A stretch of DNA of 51,011 nucleotides, the filler included, from Streblomastix strix (lineage: Eukaryota), in NCBI GenBank assembly GCA_008636045.1. It is 3 parts of 3 records of this genome, joined end to end, with 100 filler letters (N's around TTAATTAATTAA, not from the genome) between each part and the next. Parts side by side here need not be neighbours in the genome. Positions count along the whole stretch, not along the records: positions 1 to 16,941 come from SNRW01000745.1; positions 17,042 to 33,977 come from SNRW01000746.1; 1 more part is not named here. The stretch is one strand, 5' to 3'. Position 1 is the stretch's first letter. The number at the start of each line of letters is the position of its first letter. The position numbers and the translations under genes were made by a program. Under the pieces are notes generated by a model. That model searched no databases, was not told where the DNA came from, and saw nothing but the letters and a program-made list of their open reading frames with translations. Of the stretch, positions 13,722 through 25,463 are shown in pieces.

Positions 13722-14008
13722 TCATTTTTATCCCTGCTTTTTTATATTAAGTAATCTACACAAGTTAGCTAGCGCAATCTCCTGCTCGGACTCTTTTTTT
13801 AACTAAATCTTTCCTGCTTGTTTTTCAGCTACCCGTTGCCGCAATTGCATGCTCGGCAAGGGAAGATCTTCTGCACTTGGCGCTAATAAGCATTGCTATG
13901 CTGCATATAAATTTGAATTTCCGTCTCTCATCGTCTGAGAAAGCAGTGAAACATGAAAAAATCAAAAGTTCACAGGTTGTGAAAAATTCATACATTTCTG
14001 CTGCTCAT
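13722..14008 (-). CDS. Putative small two-exon hypothetical protein (frame and start uncertain; alternative start 14114)
   Basis: GC-richer island with a clear intron GTATGAA (13993)...TCTCAG. One reading is MSSRN|TMRDGNSNLYAAQQCLLAPSAEDLPLPSMQLRQRVAEKQAGKIQLKKESEQEIALANLCRLLNIKKQGQK*. Confidence 0.4.
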
Positions 14009-14617
14009 TCTTAGTTCTCAGTGTTTACCAATCGCACTGGCTGCTGCAAAGTTGCAGTAAGTCTGTGTTATCGCGCGCGCTCGCCTTGGCGACTTTCGTG
14101 CAATCAATTTCCATTCTAAAAAAGTTTGATTTTGTACCAAGCGAGATATAGTTCGATTTGATAATTTTATTTGATCATAATGTGAGTTGTTTATAATACA
14201 ATCAAAATAGCTTTCGAATTATTCATTTTTAATGAGTTAAAAATAGTCCAACTTTTATAACGCGTTTTACTCAATTTGGGGTTTGTAATAAAGCATATAT
14301 ATAACAAATTTGCACATAAATATTTATTTATTTATTATATTATGTATATATTTAATTTTTAATTCACTATTAAAAGATAAATTGAAATTTGCCTCTAACT
14401 CCATAATTTATACACATAAATTTGATTTAAACTTTTGAAACATAATGTAAAATTATTTTTGTTGCATTTTTATCTAAATTTAACCGATTATAACATTTTT
14501 ACCCTTAAAATTGACTCGTAGAATATTAGATAAAAATATTGGCAATGACCCATCAATTAAGATATAAAACAACATGTAAATAAGATTATATCTTTAATTT
14601 TGTTTATTTTATAAGGA

Positions 14618-15144
14618 ATGTTTAAAAATTTGGAAATTAAAAATATTTAAACTGAAAATAATTTAGAGCAAGAAACAACTGAAGATTCAGTAAATCCACC
14701 AAAACGAATATAAAAGATATGTGAAGTATGTAATATATCTGTTGCTAAGTACAAATGTCCAGCATGCAACAAGAGAACCTGTAGCGTAGCCTGTGTTAAA
14801 GGACACAAAATAAAAGATGGTTGTTCTGGACTTCGGAGAGCAAATGACTTTATTCCTTTGAATAAGATGGATGTAAATACAATATATAGCGATGTTGCAT
14901 TTCTTTAATAACAATAACAGATTCTAATTAACTGTTAAAGACCTGGTGGACTGAAGTAGACTATAAAGAAGGTCCAGAAAAGGAAGAAGTAACAATTCAG
15001 GAGAAATAATAAAGGGAAACGAGATGAGAATATCAAAGTATAGGTATATAGAGTATATTTATTGTATTAAATATATTATATATCCATCAATTATACTTTA
15101 TCATTTTCACATAGAAGAATAAAGAACCTCCAAAATCAAAATGA
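14618..15144 (+). CDS. BCD1: zf-HIT protein, box C/D snoRNP assembly factor BCD1/ZNHIT6-like (short, about 151 aa)
   Basis: CEVCNISVAKYKCPACNKRTCSVACVKGHKIKDGCSGLRRANDFIPLNKMDVNTIYSDVAFL: HIT zinc finger plus the BCD1-type extension (CSGxR..F+PL..M....SD..FL). Intron 15044-15114; TGA 15142-15144. Confidence 0.8.
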
Positions 15145-15328
15145 TCAAAAGATTGAATATATTATTCTAATTCATTATAAATAGTATTCATAAGTGAAGA
15201 ATCTTCATTTCATTTAAACAAACTTTTATTTTTGATTTATAAAGAAAAACCAATAAAAAAGGCGTATTCATAACATGCTATGTTTATTGGGTAATATTGG
15301 GTAATATAAAAGGCAAATCACAAAAGAA

Positions 15329-15887
15329 TCATTCAATTACTACGTGGAATACGCGTGTGTTTTCTTCATTGGCTGCTTCCTTCTCCCAGGGACGTCTGCG
15401 CACGAATTCAAGATCGATCTCACCTTTATTGACTGAACTGAACTTGAAGATGCGCTTTCCACCTCCTCCAACCTTATATATATATTAAATATATGAATAT
15501 ATGAATATGAATAGGGTAGAATACTGTTAAATACCTTTTTCCTCTCTCTTGAATTTGTTTGCTTCTCTTCTGCTTCGTAAACTGATTCTTCGAATTTCAA
15601 GATACTGCTGCCTGAAAATAAATAATAAGAAATGTGTTAATATAAAGGAAAAGTGATGGTAAACCTTCTTCAAGGGGTGTTCTCAGTTCCCAACGATATC
15701 CTGTACTTGGTGTGTCAGGTAAGTCGATCAAAACAGCCTGAAAATCATTGTGAAAAATATTTAATAAAATAATTATTATAAAATAAATCCACACCTAATC
15801 TTTTTTTGCTTTGACTTAAGTGCGCTCACGAGGTGGTTGTTAAGAAGTTGTAAGCATGACAACAAGTAAAATAGCAAAACTAATCAT
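15329..15887 (-). CDS. Chagasin-family (I42/ICP) cysteine protease inhibitor with signal peptide, 128 aa, 4 exons
   Basis: Exons 15887-15795, 15737-15665, 15611-15535, 15472-15329 give MISFAILLVVMLTTS...LPDTPSTGYRW...KVGGGGKRIFKF...GEIDLEFVRRRPWEKE...VFHVVIE*. All three chagasin loops are present (xPxTGYxW, GxGG, RPW). Confidence 0.92.
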
Positions 15888-16598
15888 TAAATCTGAAGGG
15901 GAAACAAATATAAAGAATGAAATTAGCTTTTAATGTGCAATTTAATGTAAAAAAAATTAATCGAAATGTCCTCGCATCGAGTAGTAAAAATAAGAGATAT
16001 TATGAATAAAAAAGCAAAATTTCATATTTAAAAAATGAATATGGAATATAATTTTGTTGAAATCTGCTTGAAATTTGATAAAACGGTTAATTGCTAACTT
16101 TCTTATCCATGTGTTATGGGTAATCATTCATATATTAAAAATGTAATATAAAACATCTCATATATACAAAAAAAATATTTTATAAGATAAATTTCAAGAA
16201 AAAAGCTGATTAAATCGCGTTCCAAAGTTGGAAATTATTGGTTTTCACTTGTATTCAATATTCTATTACAAGTAGTGTATTTTTATTTATTTTGTAATTT
16301 GTAATGATTTACCTTCTTAATTTGCAATTTATTTCCTTATACCACCTTTAAATAAATGATTTTCAATAAACTCGTACTCCACATTTATTAAAATGTTTTT
16401 GAGTATACAATTATTTTTAACATATATATTGTATTATTTTAAATCATTTAAATATATAAATAGCTATTAATTTTACTTTTATTAACAAAAATTTAATCAC
16501 TAAAAACAAAGAAAAAAATGTTCATTTCTTCCACATGAAGTAAATAATTCCGTTTCATTATTTTAATTTGATTTATTTTAAATGTTCTTTGTGAGTTG

Positions 16599-16941
16599 AT
16601 GACAAAAATATCACGCTTTAGTAACGACAACTCTGAAAATGAAGCTGATCAAGTTTGCCACTATTTTTTTATGTTTTTTTTTTTTTGATACTTTCTTGTT
16701 TTTTTCACATAAATGTAGTTTATATTAAACAATAATTCGTGTAAATATGGAAGAAATTGTGTTTTTATCAGCTTAGTTCCAGCTGAAACGGAGACTAACG
16801 AGTTTAGATTTTTTCTTGAATAATTTGGAAGAATTACGTATATAATTTTTTTTAATTATTTTTAATATATCTAATTGCATATTACATTTATTAGTAATTT
16901 ATGGCTAGAAGATCCGAATGGAAATGAAACAAGGCAAAGTA
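16599..16941 (+). CDS. 5' fragment of a probable RRM protein, truncated by the contig end
   Basis: Spliced reading MTKISRFSNDNSENEADQ|...GRNCVFISLVPAETETNEFRFFLEQFGRIT|NLWLEDPNG; RNP2-like VFISLVP and FxxxxxQFGxI helix. Confidence 0.6.
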
Positions 16942-17041
16942 NNNNNNNNNNNNNNNNNNNNNNNNNNNNNNNNNNNNNNNNNNNNTTAATTAATTAANNN
17001 NNNNNNNNNNNNNNNNNNNNNNNNNNNNNNNNNNNNNNNNN
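16942..17041. other. Artificial contig spacer N44-TTAATTAATTAA-N44
   Basis: 100-nt spacer with a six-frame stop linker, identical to the second spacer. Confidence 0.97.
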
Positions 17042-17081
17042 TAATTGAATCTCCAATATATTTCTTTACAGATAAACATAC

Positions 17082-20000
17082 CTATTATTCTTTCCAAGCC
17101 TAATTACCTTCCTTTGAATCTTCTTAATGTTGAATCTCACCTCTGAAATGGTAATCATCAAGAATTATATATAATAATTAATAAATATAATTAAAGAATA
17201 TATACGAAATATAATATAAATAGATATATATGAAATATTATATATACAGAATAATTAAAAAATGGTAATTTTTATTTATCATACGATTTGAGATATATAA
17301 CTGCATTATTGATGCCTGAATAAAATAAAAAAATATTTTTTTTTAAAGTATAAAATTCAATAATTAATATTTAAAAATATTTTATCAATAATTAATATTT
17401 AATTATATTTAATTAACTGCACACATTCTTCATCCTGAGGATGCAAACCATCTTTTATGTTCACATTTGCATCACTGACGCCAATACCTAATTAATATCG
17501 TATAATAAATTATGAAATAAATTATATAATATATATAAATTAAATAATAAATTAATATTAATTAATTAATTAATAATAATAATTAATTATTAATATAATT
17601 TATATAATAAATAATAAATAATAAATTAAAATTAATTAATTAAATAATAAATTTATAAATTAAAAATTAAAAATATAGATTAAGTAAATTCAATACATTT
17701 TGTATATTGTGAATTTCCTTCGAAGATGACTTCAACTCTAAAATAATTTGAATTATAATTAAATAAATAATAAAAAATTATTTAAAAAAGAAATATCAAT
17801 TAAAATTTTATTTTATTTAATTTAATTTTTATTCTAATTTTTTTTTTATTATTAATACTAATTTTCATACTTCACGATTCCTGATGTGAAAATAGAATCT
17901 ATGAAAATTATGTTCTTCGAATTTTCATTAACAACTCGGAATGATTAATCTAATGTTATATTATGAATATATATAAATTAATTAAAATTTTCATTATTAT
18001 TAAATTTCAATTACTAATAAATTTCAAATATTATTAAATTTCCTTAATTAATAAATTTTCATTATTATTATTATTATTAAATTTTCACAATTTTATATCA
18101 TTAATTTAATTTTTATTTATTTAATTTGTAATATTTTCATACTTTCAACTCTTCCTCTTTTTGCATCTGGAGCCAAAAGTTTTACTGGAAGAAGATGATC
18201 TATAAAATTGTTATGTTATTAAATATTAAATAACAAAATGGCAATATAATAAATTATATTAATAATAATTTAATGAAAAATATTAAGATAATAAATGTAA
18301 AGTGAGTAAAACAATATTATTTATTAATAAACTAATAATAATAATAGTTAATAAATCCAATAATTCTATATTCAAATCATATAATATAACTTCACATATA
18401 TCAATTATACACATACCAGTATTTATCTACATTTACTATTACTACTACTACTACAGCATAGCAGTCGGACTGTTCGCATTAGCAAGATCATACCCTTAGT
18501 TAGACAGAAGCATTGGTGACAAGCTCAAACTCTATGACTAAGTAATTTAATTGCTGCCGCTGCTACTTACAGGGTTCATAGGCGATGTTGCTTTAATCTT
18601 TGGCTAATTCGTTAGTGTTTGCTTCAGTTGTTGTTGCTTGTCTGTACTCGATGTTGTGTGTGATCCTTGACTGCTTGGTGTGATATTGAGTGACTTTCTT
18701 CTATTGTTATTGTTAGTACTGATATTATCAGCTTTGTTGATAACTTTCACTTACACATCTTCGTTTTCTCTTATTAACTTCCCGCCTTGAGCTTTTGGCG
18801 ATAAGCTTAATTTGGAAATCAGGTCGAGTTTGTCGACCGATTCGTCTGATATTTGCCTCTATTTCACTGCAGTCGGCTAAAAAATCTGCGAATTACTCAT
18901 TAAAGTGGGTTGTGATGAAGAATTCGATAATGTCTATTGTATTTTTACTGTATTTATTGGCGTGGCTTGCTAAGTCATTGATAAAGCACTTGCTATTGGC
19001 TGAGTTGCACTGAATTGTGCTTTCATAAGAGTCGGCGATTGCTATAATTAACTTGAAGTGCTCCCAGATGATGATGGTATTTAACTAGAAGATGATTACG
19101 TACCCTGAATCTAAATCTATGGATTTAGCGGCGATGAAAGCTATTAATTATGCACTATTTATTATCTGGGCGAACTTAAACTTAAATTAGTACTAGCTTA
19201 TATAGAAGATGAAAATGTGGATCCATATCGGATACTAGGCGGGATTGGAGGTGTAGAAGTTAATCCCAAACCAAATTATGGAATTGGCGCATTGATCACT
19301 TCAGTATTCCTTCTCTTTAAAGAACCATGTGTTGGTGAAGTTGAATTTGAAGGAGAACTGTTCTGCGTGAAAACTGATGACAAAGGAGATGCTTATTTTG
19401 TATTCTGCTGTTGGATGGTTTATAGTTGCTGCTGCAAAGATTGTATCTACTGTTTTAGTTGGGATTGTGTTGCAACACTTTCAAGCTCTTTCGCCTGGTA
19501 CTGCTGTATCAGAACGCTCAGTGTAGATACTCGGTCATTGAGACGTGAAACTTCGTTTGTCTGTTCGGATATCAATTATTCGTTGTCAAACTTGCACTTC
19601 TCCAATTGTTCGATCTGTTGCCTTTACTCTTAGCATTATGACTGGAGTATTGCGTAGTTCTGCCTCATTTTATCTGTTTCGGGGCCTTGTATGACTTGAA
19701 GCTGAGTTAGAAGATCTTTATATCTGAACTGTTCTTCTTATAATAGTTGATCTTTCTTTTCTAACTCGTTTTTTTATTCCTATTTTTATTATTCTAATTT
19801 TTAGTTCAGCTGACTAATCTAATCTACATAGCTCCATACTTATTTCTCATAGTAAACTTTCTACTAATCCATATCACTTTACAACTTATTATAAACTTAC
19901 TTCTACTTCTCTAATTCTAATTTATTATCTTCTTTTAATTTTTCAATTTTCTCATCATATTCTTATTTCTCTTCCTCTCTCTCTTTGCTAACCTCTTCTT

Positions 20001-23000
20001 TATACAAATCAATTTCTTCTTGCATTTATTTCTTCGCTTCTTCAACCCTAAGTTTTTTTTCGTCTCTTTCTTTAGTAATCTGCTCAGCTAAAATATTCCG
20101 CATCCGATCTTCTTCATCTTTCAATTTTTGCTCAAGTTTTTGTTTCTGTGCGGAAAATTTCTCTTTTTTAGCTTTTTCGCGCTCAGAGTATCTTTCGCGC
20201 TCTAATTTGCGGTTCTCGTTCAATTGGCGCATGAGTTCTTCCTCCTGGACTTTCAAATGCGTGTCAAATTTGGCTTATTCTTCTTTTCGCATTTTTTCGA
20301 CTTCTTCGGCGATTTTTTACTGAATCTGTTCTTCTTTTAATTTGATTTCTTCTTCTTTTTGTTTTAGTTAGTTTTCTTTATCTAACATTTATTATTCAAG
20401 TTAGTTTCTGACCTCTTATTCTTTCTCTTATAATTTTGTACTAAGCTCGTTTTAGAATTTTATTTAATTAGCTTTGTTTTATTCACTCATTTTTTCATTC
20501 ATGTTCACTTCAAACATAATCTTTTATTTCTTCTCATTTTCCAATTCTTTTTTCTGCTTATTAATATCAACTTTAAACTGATCCTACATTTTCTATATCT
20601 AAACTTTGTAATCGTTCTCCTTCAAATCCATCTTCAACTGCCAATCGGCCAATATAACTTCTTTATCCTTCTAATTCTTGTTCTCAAGTAATTCTATCTA
20701 CTTCTTATACAGATCTTCGCATTCTTTCAGTTTCTGCTGACTTTTTTCTTACTGGTCGGCTATTATACGTTCTCTCTCCTAAGCCATCTTCCTTTCAAAC
20801 TCAATTTCGAGCTAATTTCGCTATGTGGCAGAACCGCGTTCAATCTTCTTCTTGGAATCCTCCTCGTACTTATGTTTGATATCTTTAACCGCTTCTCTCA
20901 CTTTCGTATCCGCTTTTTTCTTTTCCTCGTCTTCTATCTACCTTTTCAGCCTCTATATCTCCTATTACAGTTTCTCTTCTCTTTCGCGTTCTTTGATTTC
21001 CTCTTTTTCTTTTTCAATTCGTCTTTCTCGATCTCTTTGTGATTCTTTCTCTCTTTCTTGTTCTCTGATATTCTCAATATCTCTTTCCATCTCTATCTCG
21101 CGTTGTCTTTATCTTTCAACTTGTTTTTCTATAAGACGTTCCATTTCCTTGCGTCTTTCTTTTTCTCGTTCACGTTCTTGCTCTGAATCACGTTCGCGTT
21201 GCTCGAGTTCTTTCTTTTCCTTCTTTCGGCGTTCTTCATCTTCTTCCTTCTATAATTTCCTTACACGATCCTCTTCTTCTTTTTCTTTCCTTCTTCTTTC
21301 TTCTTCTTCTTCTCTTTCGCGTTTAATTTGTTCTTTTTCTCTCTCACGTTCACGTTCGCGTTCTTTTTCTCTTTCTTCGAAGTCTTTTTTAAGCTTCTTT
21401 TCAGCTTCGAGCTCATTGGAGATCTACTCTATTATCTGCCCCTGTTATAAGCACACTCTGGAGGCATCGTAATCCAGGATGATTCGGGGCGTGGGGCGGG
21501 TGGAGGGGTTCTGGGTAATAAATGTGTGGATGATTATAAGGAATATATGTGTGAAATAAGAAATGAATGTTAAATTTAAATGATATTTAATTAATTTAGT
21601 AATATATGTGTGAATTAAAATGAAAATGCGTAAATTTAAATGTTATTCAATATATAGAAATGTTAAATAAATTAATATATATAATATTGATTTTATTATA
21701 TATCATTTAATCTTTCCTCATCATATATATAATCACCCAAATAATATATACAAATATACTTTATTCAACATTCTGATAATCAGATCTCTGAGTGAATCTG
21801 TAACATATGTCGCTGATTGGAATAAGAGCTTAAATTTCTGTTATATTTGTTCTGGGGTGGCTAATTAAGATAATAAATGAAATAAAAAAATAAAAAAATA
21901 TATAGAATAATATAAAAAGTAGATATAGTAAATCTAAAATAACATAAAAAGATAAATTTAAATATAAATAAATAACCTTTATAGAACTCCAAAAGCTTTG
22001 CTTACATGTCATCCTGATTGTCTCCTTCAAATGGATGTTGACCTTATTAAAGTATTAAAATAATAAACATAAATTAAAAATTTAAATTAAATATATAATT
22101 TATTGAATAATTTTTACCTGTTAACATTTCTATTAGTACAACGCCTATAAAGAAATTGAATAAGTAAAAAAAAATGTTAACAAACATTAAATAATATTCA
22201 TACCAAGGCCAAATACATCACTGGCAGGAAGATAACTGCATTTAAACCAAAAATAAATAAATAAAGAAGAAAATTAATAATTCAAATTAAAAACATTTTT
22301 TTTTGAAAAAAAAATTATAATTTTCATACGAGCTCCCTTCAAAGACTTCAGGAGCTTGATAAGTTTTATATTTATTCTATACTTTGGAGCTAAGTTTCTT
22401 TGGTTCGATATCTGACACAAAACTAAAGTCTGAAATAATGATTAAAATATATTCATCAAAAAGTGTAAATGAAATTTTATTTCATACCAAGTTTGAATCG
22501 GCCATCTTTCATTAGCATGATGTTTTCTGGCTTTATATTTCTATGAATAATCTAGTTGCTATTGTGCATGTGGTCAAGTGCAAGTGAAATGTATGTTAGA
22601 ACTTCCCAGCCGCGCTGAGCAAGAAAATAAAAAAAATTCAATTTTGGTTTGCTATAAGTTAATAAACTGTATTTTTCTACTATCCATTAAGCGTAACAAA
22701 TGTATCCATATATTATCTAAGATTACCAGATTCGATGTTCTCAGTCACAACAAAGATTTCTTTCATTTCACAAAAAAATTCGCTGATGTTCACAGTATAC
22801 TTTGAGCGTATGTTCTTAAATGCTGCAACCTCAGCAAGATATTACTCTCTATATTATTTCTTTTAAGCGATAATTCGTTTCCAGACACACAGTCTGTTTG
22901 TTGTTTTTTCGCGCATCAAACAAGTCTGCCCGCCCCTGCTTGACAGGAGCAGGTTCTTGACATCAACTGATGAAAAATAAATAGATTGATGTCGTATAAC

Positions 23001-23042
23001 TTGATTTAAAATGATAAACACACATAAATCGTAACGAGACAT
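17082..23042 (-). CDS. NEK-like pseudokinase + very long coiled coil + poly-Q + C-terminal SPRY/B30.2-like beta domain; 3'-truncated
   Basis: MSRYDL|FDVKNLLLSSRGGQTCLMREKTTNRLCVWKRI...IIHRNIKPENIMLMKDGRFKL..DFS..YQAPEVF..SDVFGLGVVLIEMLTGQHPF..NPSTRPT. About 3.1-kb E/R/K/Q exon (18416-21512), then short exons (IFIDSIFTSGIVK, VEVIFEG, GIGVSDA) resembling the domain in 25464-27684. Confidence 0.85.
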
Positions 23043-23616
23043 TAAATACAAAGTACGCGATTAATATGTATTTAATTAATCTTTAAGCATTGTAAAAGAG
23101 AAATAAAAACAAATAATAAAAATAATATATCCGCTAAATTATTTATTGATGATTCCTCTTCCAACTTTTGCCAAACATAACAATTAGAATTGATTAAAAA
23201 AAAATTATATCAAAAAAATAATCATAATGTGAAGGTAATAAACATGAATCGTGAAATTAGTGTTAGATATTGATTAATGCCAATATAAAAAACAAAAGGC
23301 TAAGTTGGAACAATAAAGCAAATCATAAACCATAAAAAAAATCTAAAAATATGCTTAAAGAAGATGAAAATCAACAGATGCTATAATGTCAAGTTAAGTA
23401 AGAAATTAATAACGTGTATATTTCGAATTATTTCTACTACTAATAATAATACTAATACTATATATCGCTAATCCATCTCTAATCATTAAATATTCAATAC
23501 TTCAAATCATTATTCCAATCATAATTCCCATTATTATTACTTCAATAACTACTCTCGTATTTCCTATTATTATTTCTCCTATTATTATTTCTATTCCTTT
23601 AATTACCAAATCAAAC

Positions 23617-24759
23617 TCAAAACTGCTCACCAACAAATACTCTCATTATGTTCTCCATTGTATTCAGAGTACTCATTTCTCCCAATAATCCTGGTGTATA
23701 TGCAGCAGATGGAACTGGTTATAATAATTGAACTTATTACTATTAATTAGTAGAATCATTATCATCATCAATAATTAGAGATGCATTGTATATATAAGAA
23801 GGAGGAGGAATTGGTATATTTCTTGAATGTAATAGATATTATTAATTAGTATTTTAATTATATTGTGTTTAGATTTGTTGTGGTAAAGGCACTAATATAG
23901 GCACGGATAGGCTTAGAGGTGGTCTATAACTGTTATTGCGTCGTATTGGAGGTTCGTGCATGAAAGTTATCTCAGGTGTGCGATTCACATTTATCATAGA
24001 AGTCTGCGCTATCTGTTAAATAGGTGGGTTTTAGCTGAGCACGTTCTCAGGGAAGTTGCACTCGCTGCTGACGGAGCTGAGTGGGCTGCTGTTGATGTCG
24101 TTGTGGTCGCCGTCTGGACCTTTATCGCCGCTTCCTGAACCAGTCCCGTCGTCGCTTGTTAAAATCGCTGCGACGTAATTTTTCCGTTTCAGCTCTTTCT
24201 CCATTCTAAATGAAATATACCTGTTCACAATAGAGACAAAGTTTTCAGCATCGTGCCGATCAAACCCTGCTCGGATGCAAATCATGACCCCACTCGCGCG
24301 CACGATGTAGAAACCAGCGTAATGAAGTTCCATATGAACCATCATTCCTGCAACTTCTCCAAGATTAATCTTCTCTGTAACCTCCCGTTTTAAATACCCA
24401 CATATTGCAAAAGCTCTATGCCGTTTCTTTATAACTGTCAATATACCAGCGTCGCTGTCAAATTCTACTTTTATTTTTGAATTGACTGTGACAAATAGAG
24501 AGTAGTAAACACCCATAAGAAGGATAAGTATAGACAATCCAGCAGCAGCAATTTCAATTTTTAGAATGGAAGTCACCATATAACCTGTCACAGCGCAGAG
24601 AGCAGAGAAAAAGAATATAAGGCAGGTCATGAAGTGAAACCGTGCTGTAACAATATTAAATGATGAAAAAAATAAATTAAATAAAGCAATATTACAAATT
24701 TAATTCATACCTACTACGAACAAGCGATGGTTCGCCTAGAAATCAAGCGGGATTTCCAT
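23617..24759 (-). CDS. Membrane protein: two N-terminal TM helices, globular segment, low-complexity tail with a PPxY motif
   Basis: Exon 1 MEIPLDFQANHRLFVV, intron GTATGAA..ACAG, then the frame of track ORF 24031-24630, continuing through TAA=Gln to TGA at 23617-23619; IPIPPPSY at about 23790-23820. Confidence 0.75.
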
Positions 24760-25463
24760 CTAAAAACCCAATCAAAAAAATAATATTTAATTTGAATTAT
24801 TCTAGACTTAAAATAATAAATTGAAAATAATTTAAATTTTTAATATTTTAATGAATAGTAAATAATCTGAATCTGCTTATCGATATAAAACCTAAAAATA
24901 TTTTTTCTAAAAATGTTCTTTATTTTATAATATTAAGCAAAAAAGATGTTTACTTATTTAAAATATCTTTTATTTTAGTAAAAATATGACTTTTATTGAA
25001 CAAACAGAATTTCAAGCAATTTAAAGATTTAAATAAAAATAATAATAATTTAAGGCTGAAAAAATAAGTGCATCAACATTTTAGAATTTATATAAACTTT
25101 AGATTAGTACTTGCTTTCTGCCAAAAAAATTTTTTTTAAAAAAAATGTTTTTGCGTTTCTTGCACAAATATTCCATATCAAACATTAAAATTTAAAATTT
25201 ATGTTTAAATTAATAAACAAGAATTTATTTAATATCATAAACTGAAAATAACTCTCTTATCCATGATTTAAAACTCGCTTTTTAATTTTTTTTAATTTAT
25301 TTAATTTATTCTGCTAACTCTAAATATTTTTTCTTGTGTAAACATATATCTTGAGTAATTTTTACTCTATTAATAAAAATAACACATATATTTATTTTCA
25401 TATCATTCATATCTAATTATATCAAAAATTTTATTTTTTTAATTATTCGCTTTCTTCATTCAG

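Noticed and set aside
14545..14617. Upstream coding exon for the BCD1-like gene
   Set aside because: Splicing the apparent GTAAAT..ATAAG intron creates TGA immediately before ATG 14618, so it cannot extend the protein; no evidence it is a real uORF.
16986..16997. TTAATTAATTAA as a biological palindrome or regulatory site
   Set aside because: Flanked symmetrically by Ns in both gaps; it is a synthetic six-frame stop linker.
19217..21472. Track ORFs on + strand rich in Ser/Phe/Leu/Cys (19217-19633, 19985-20323, 20825-21472) and similar hydrophobic short ORFs elsewhere
   Set aside because: Antisense or off-frame shadows of E/K/R/Q-rich exons of real genes read with TAR=Gln.
23395..23616. Coding-looking N/Q-rich sequence after the stop of the two-TM gene
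   Set aside because: Contains TGA in all frames tried and has no convincing splice solution; treated as 3' UTR or decayed coding sequence.
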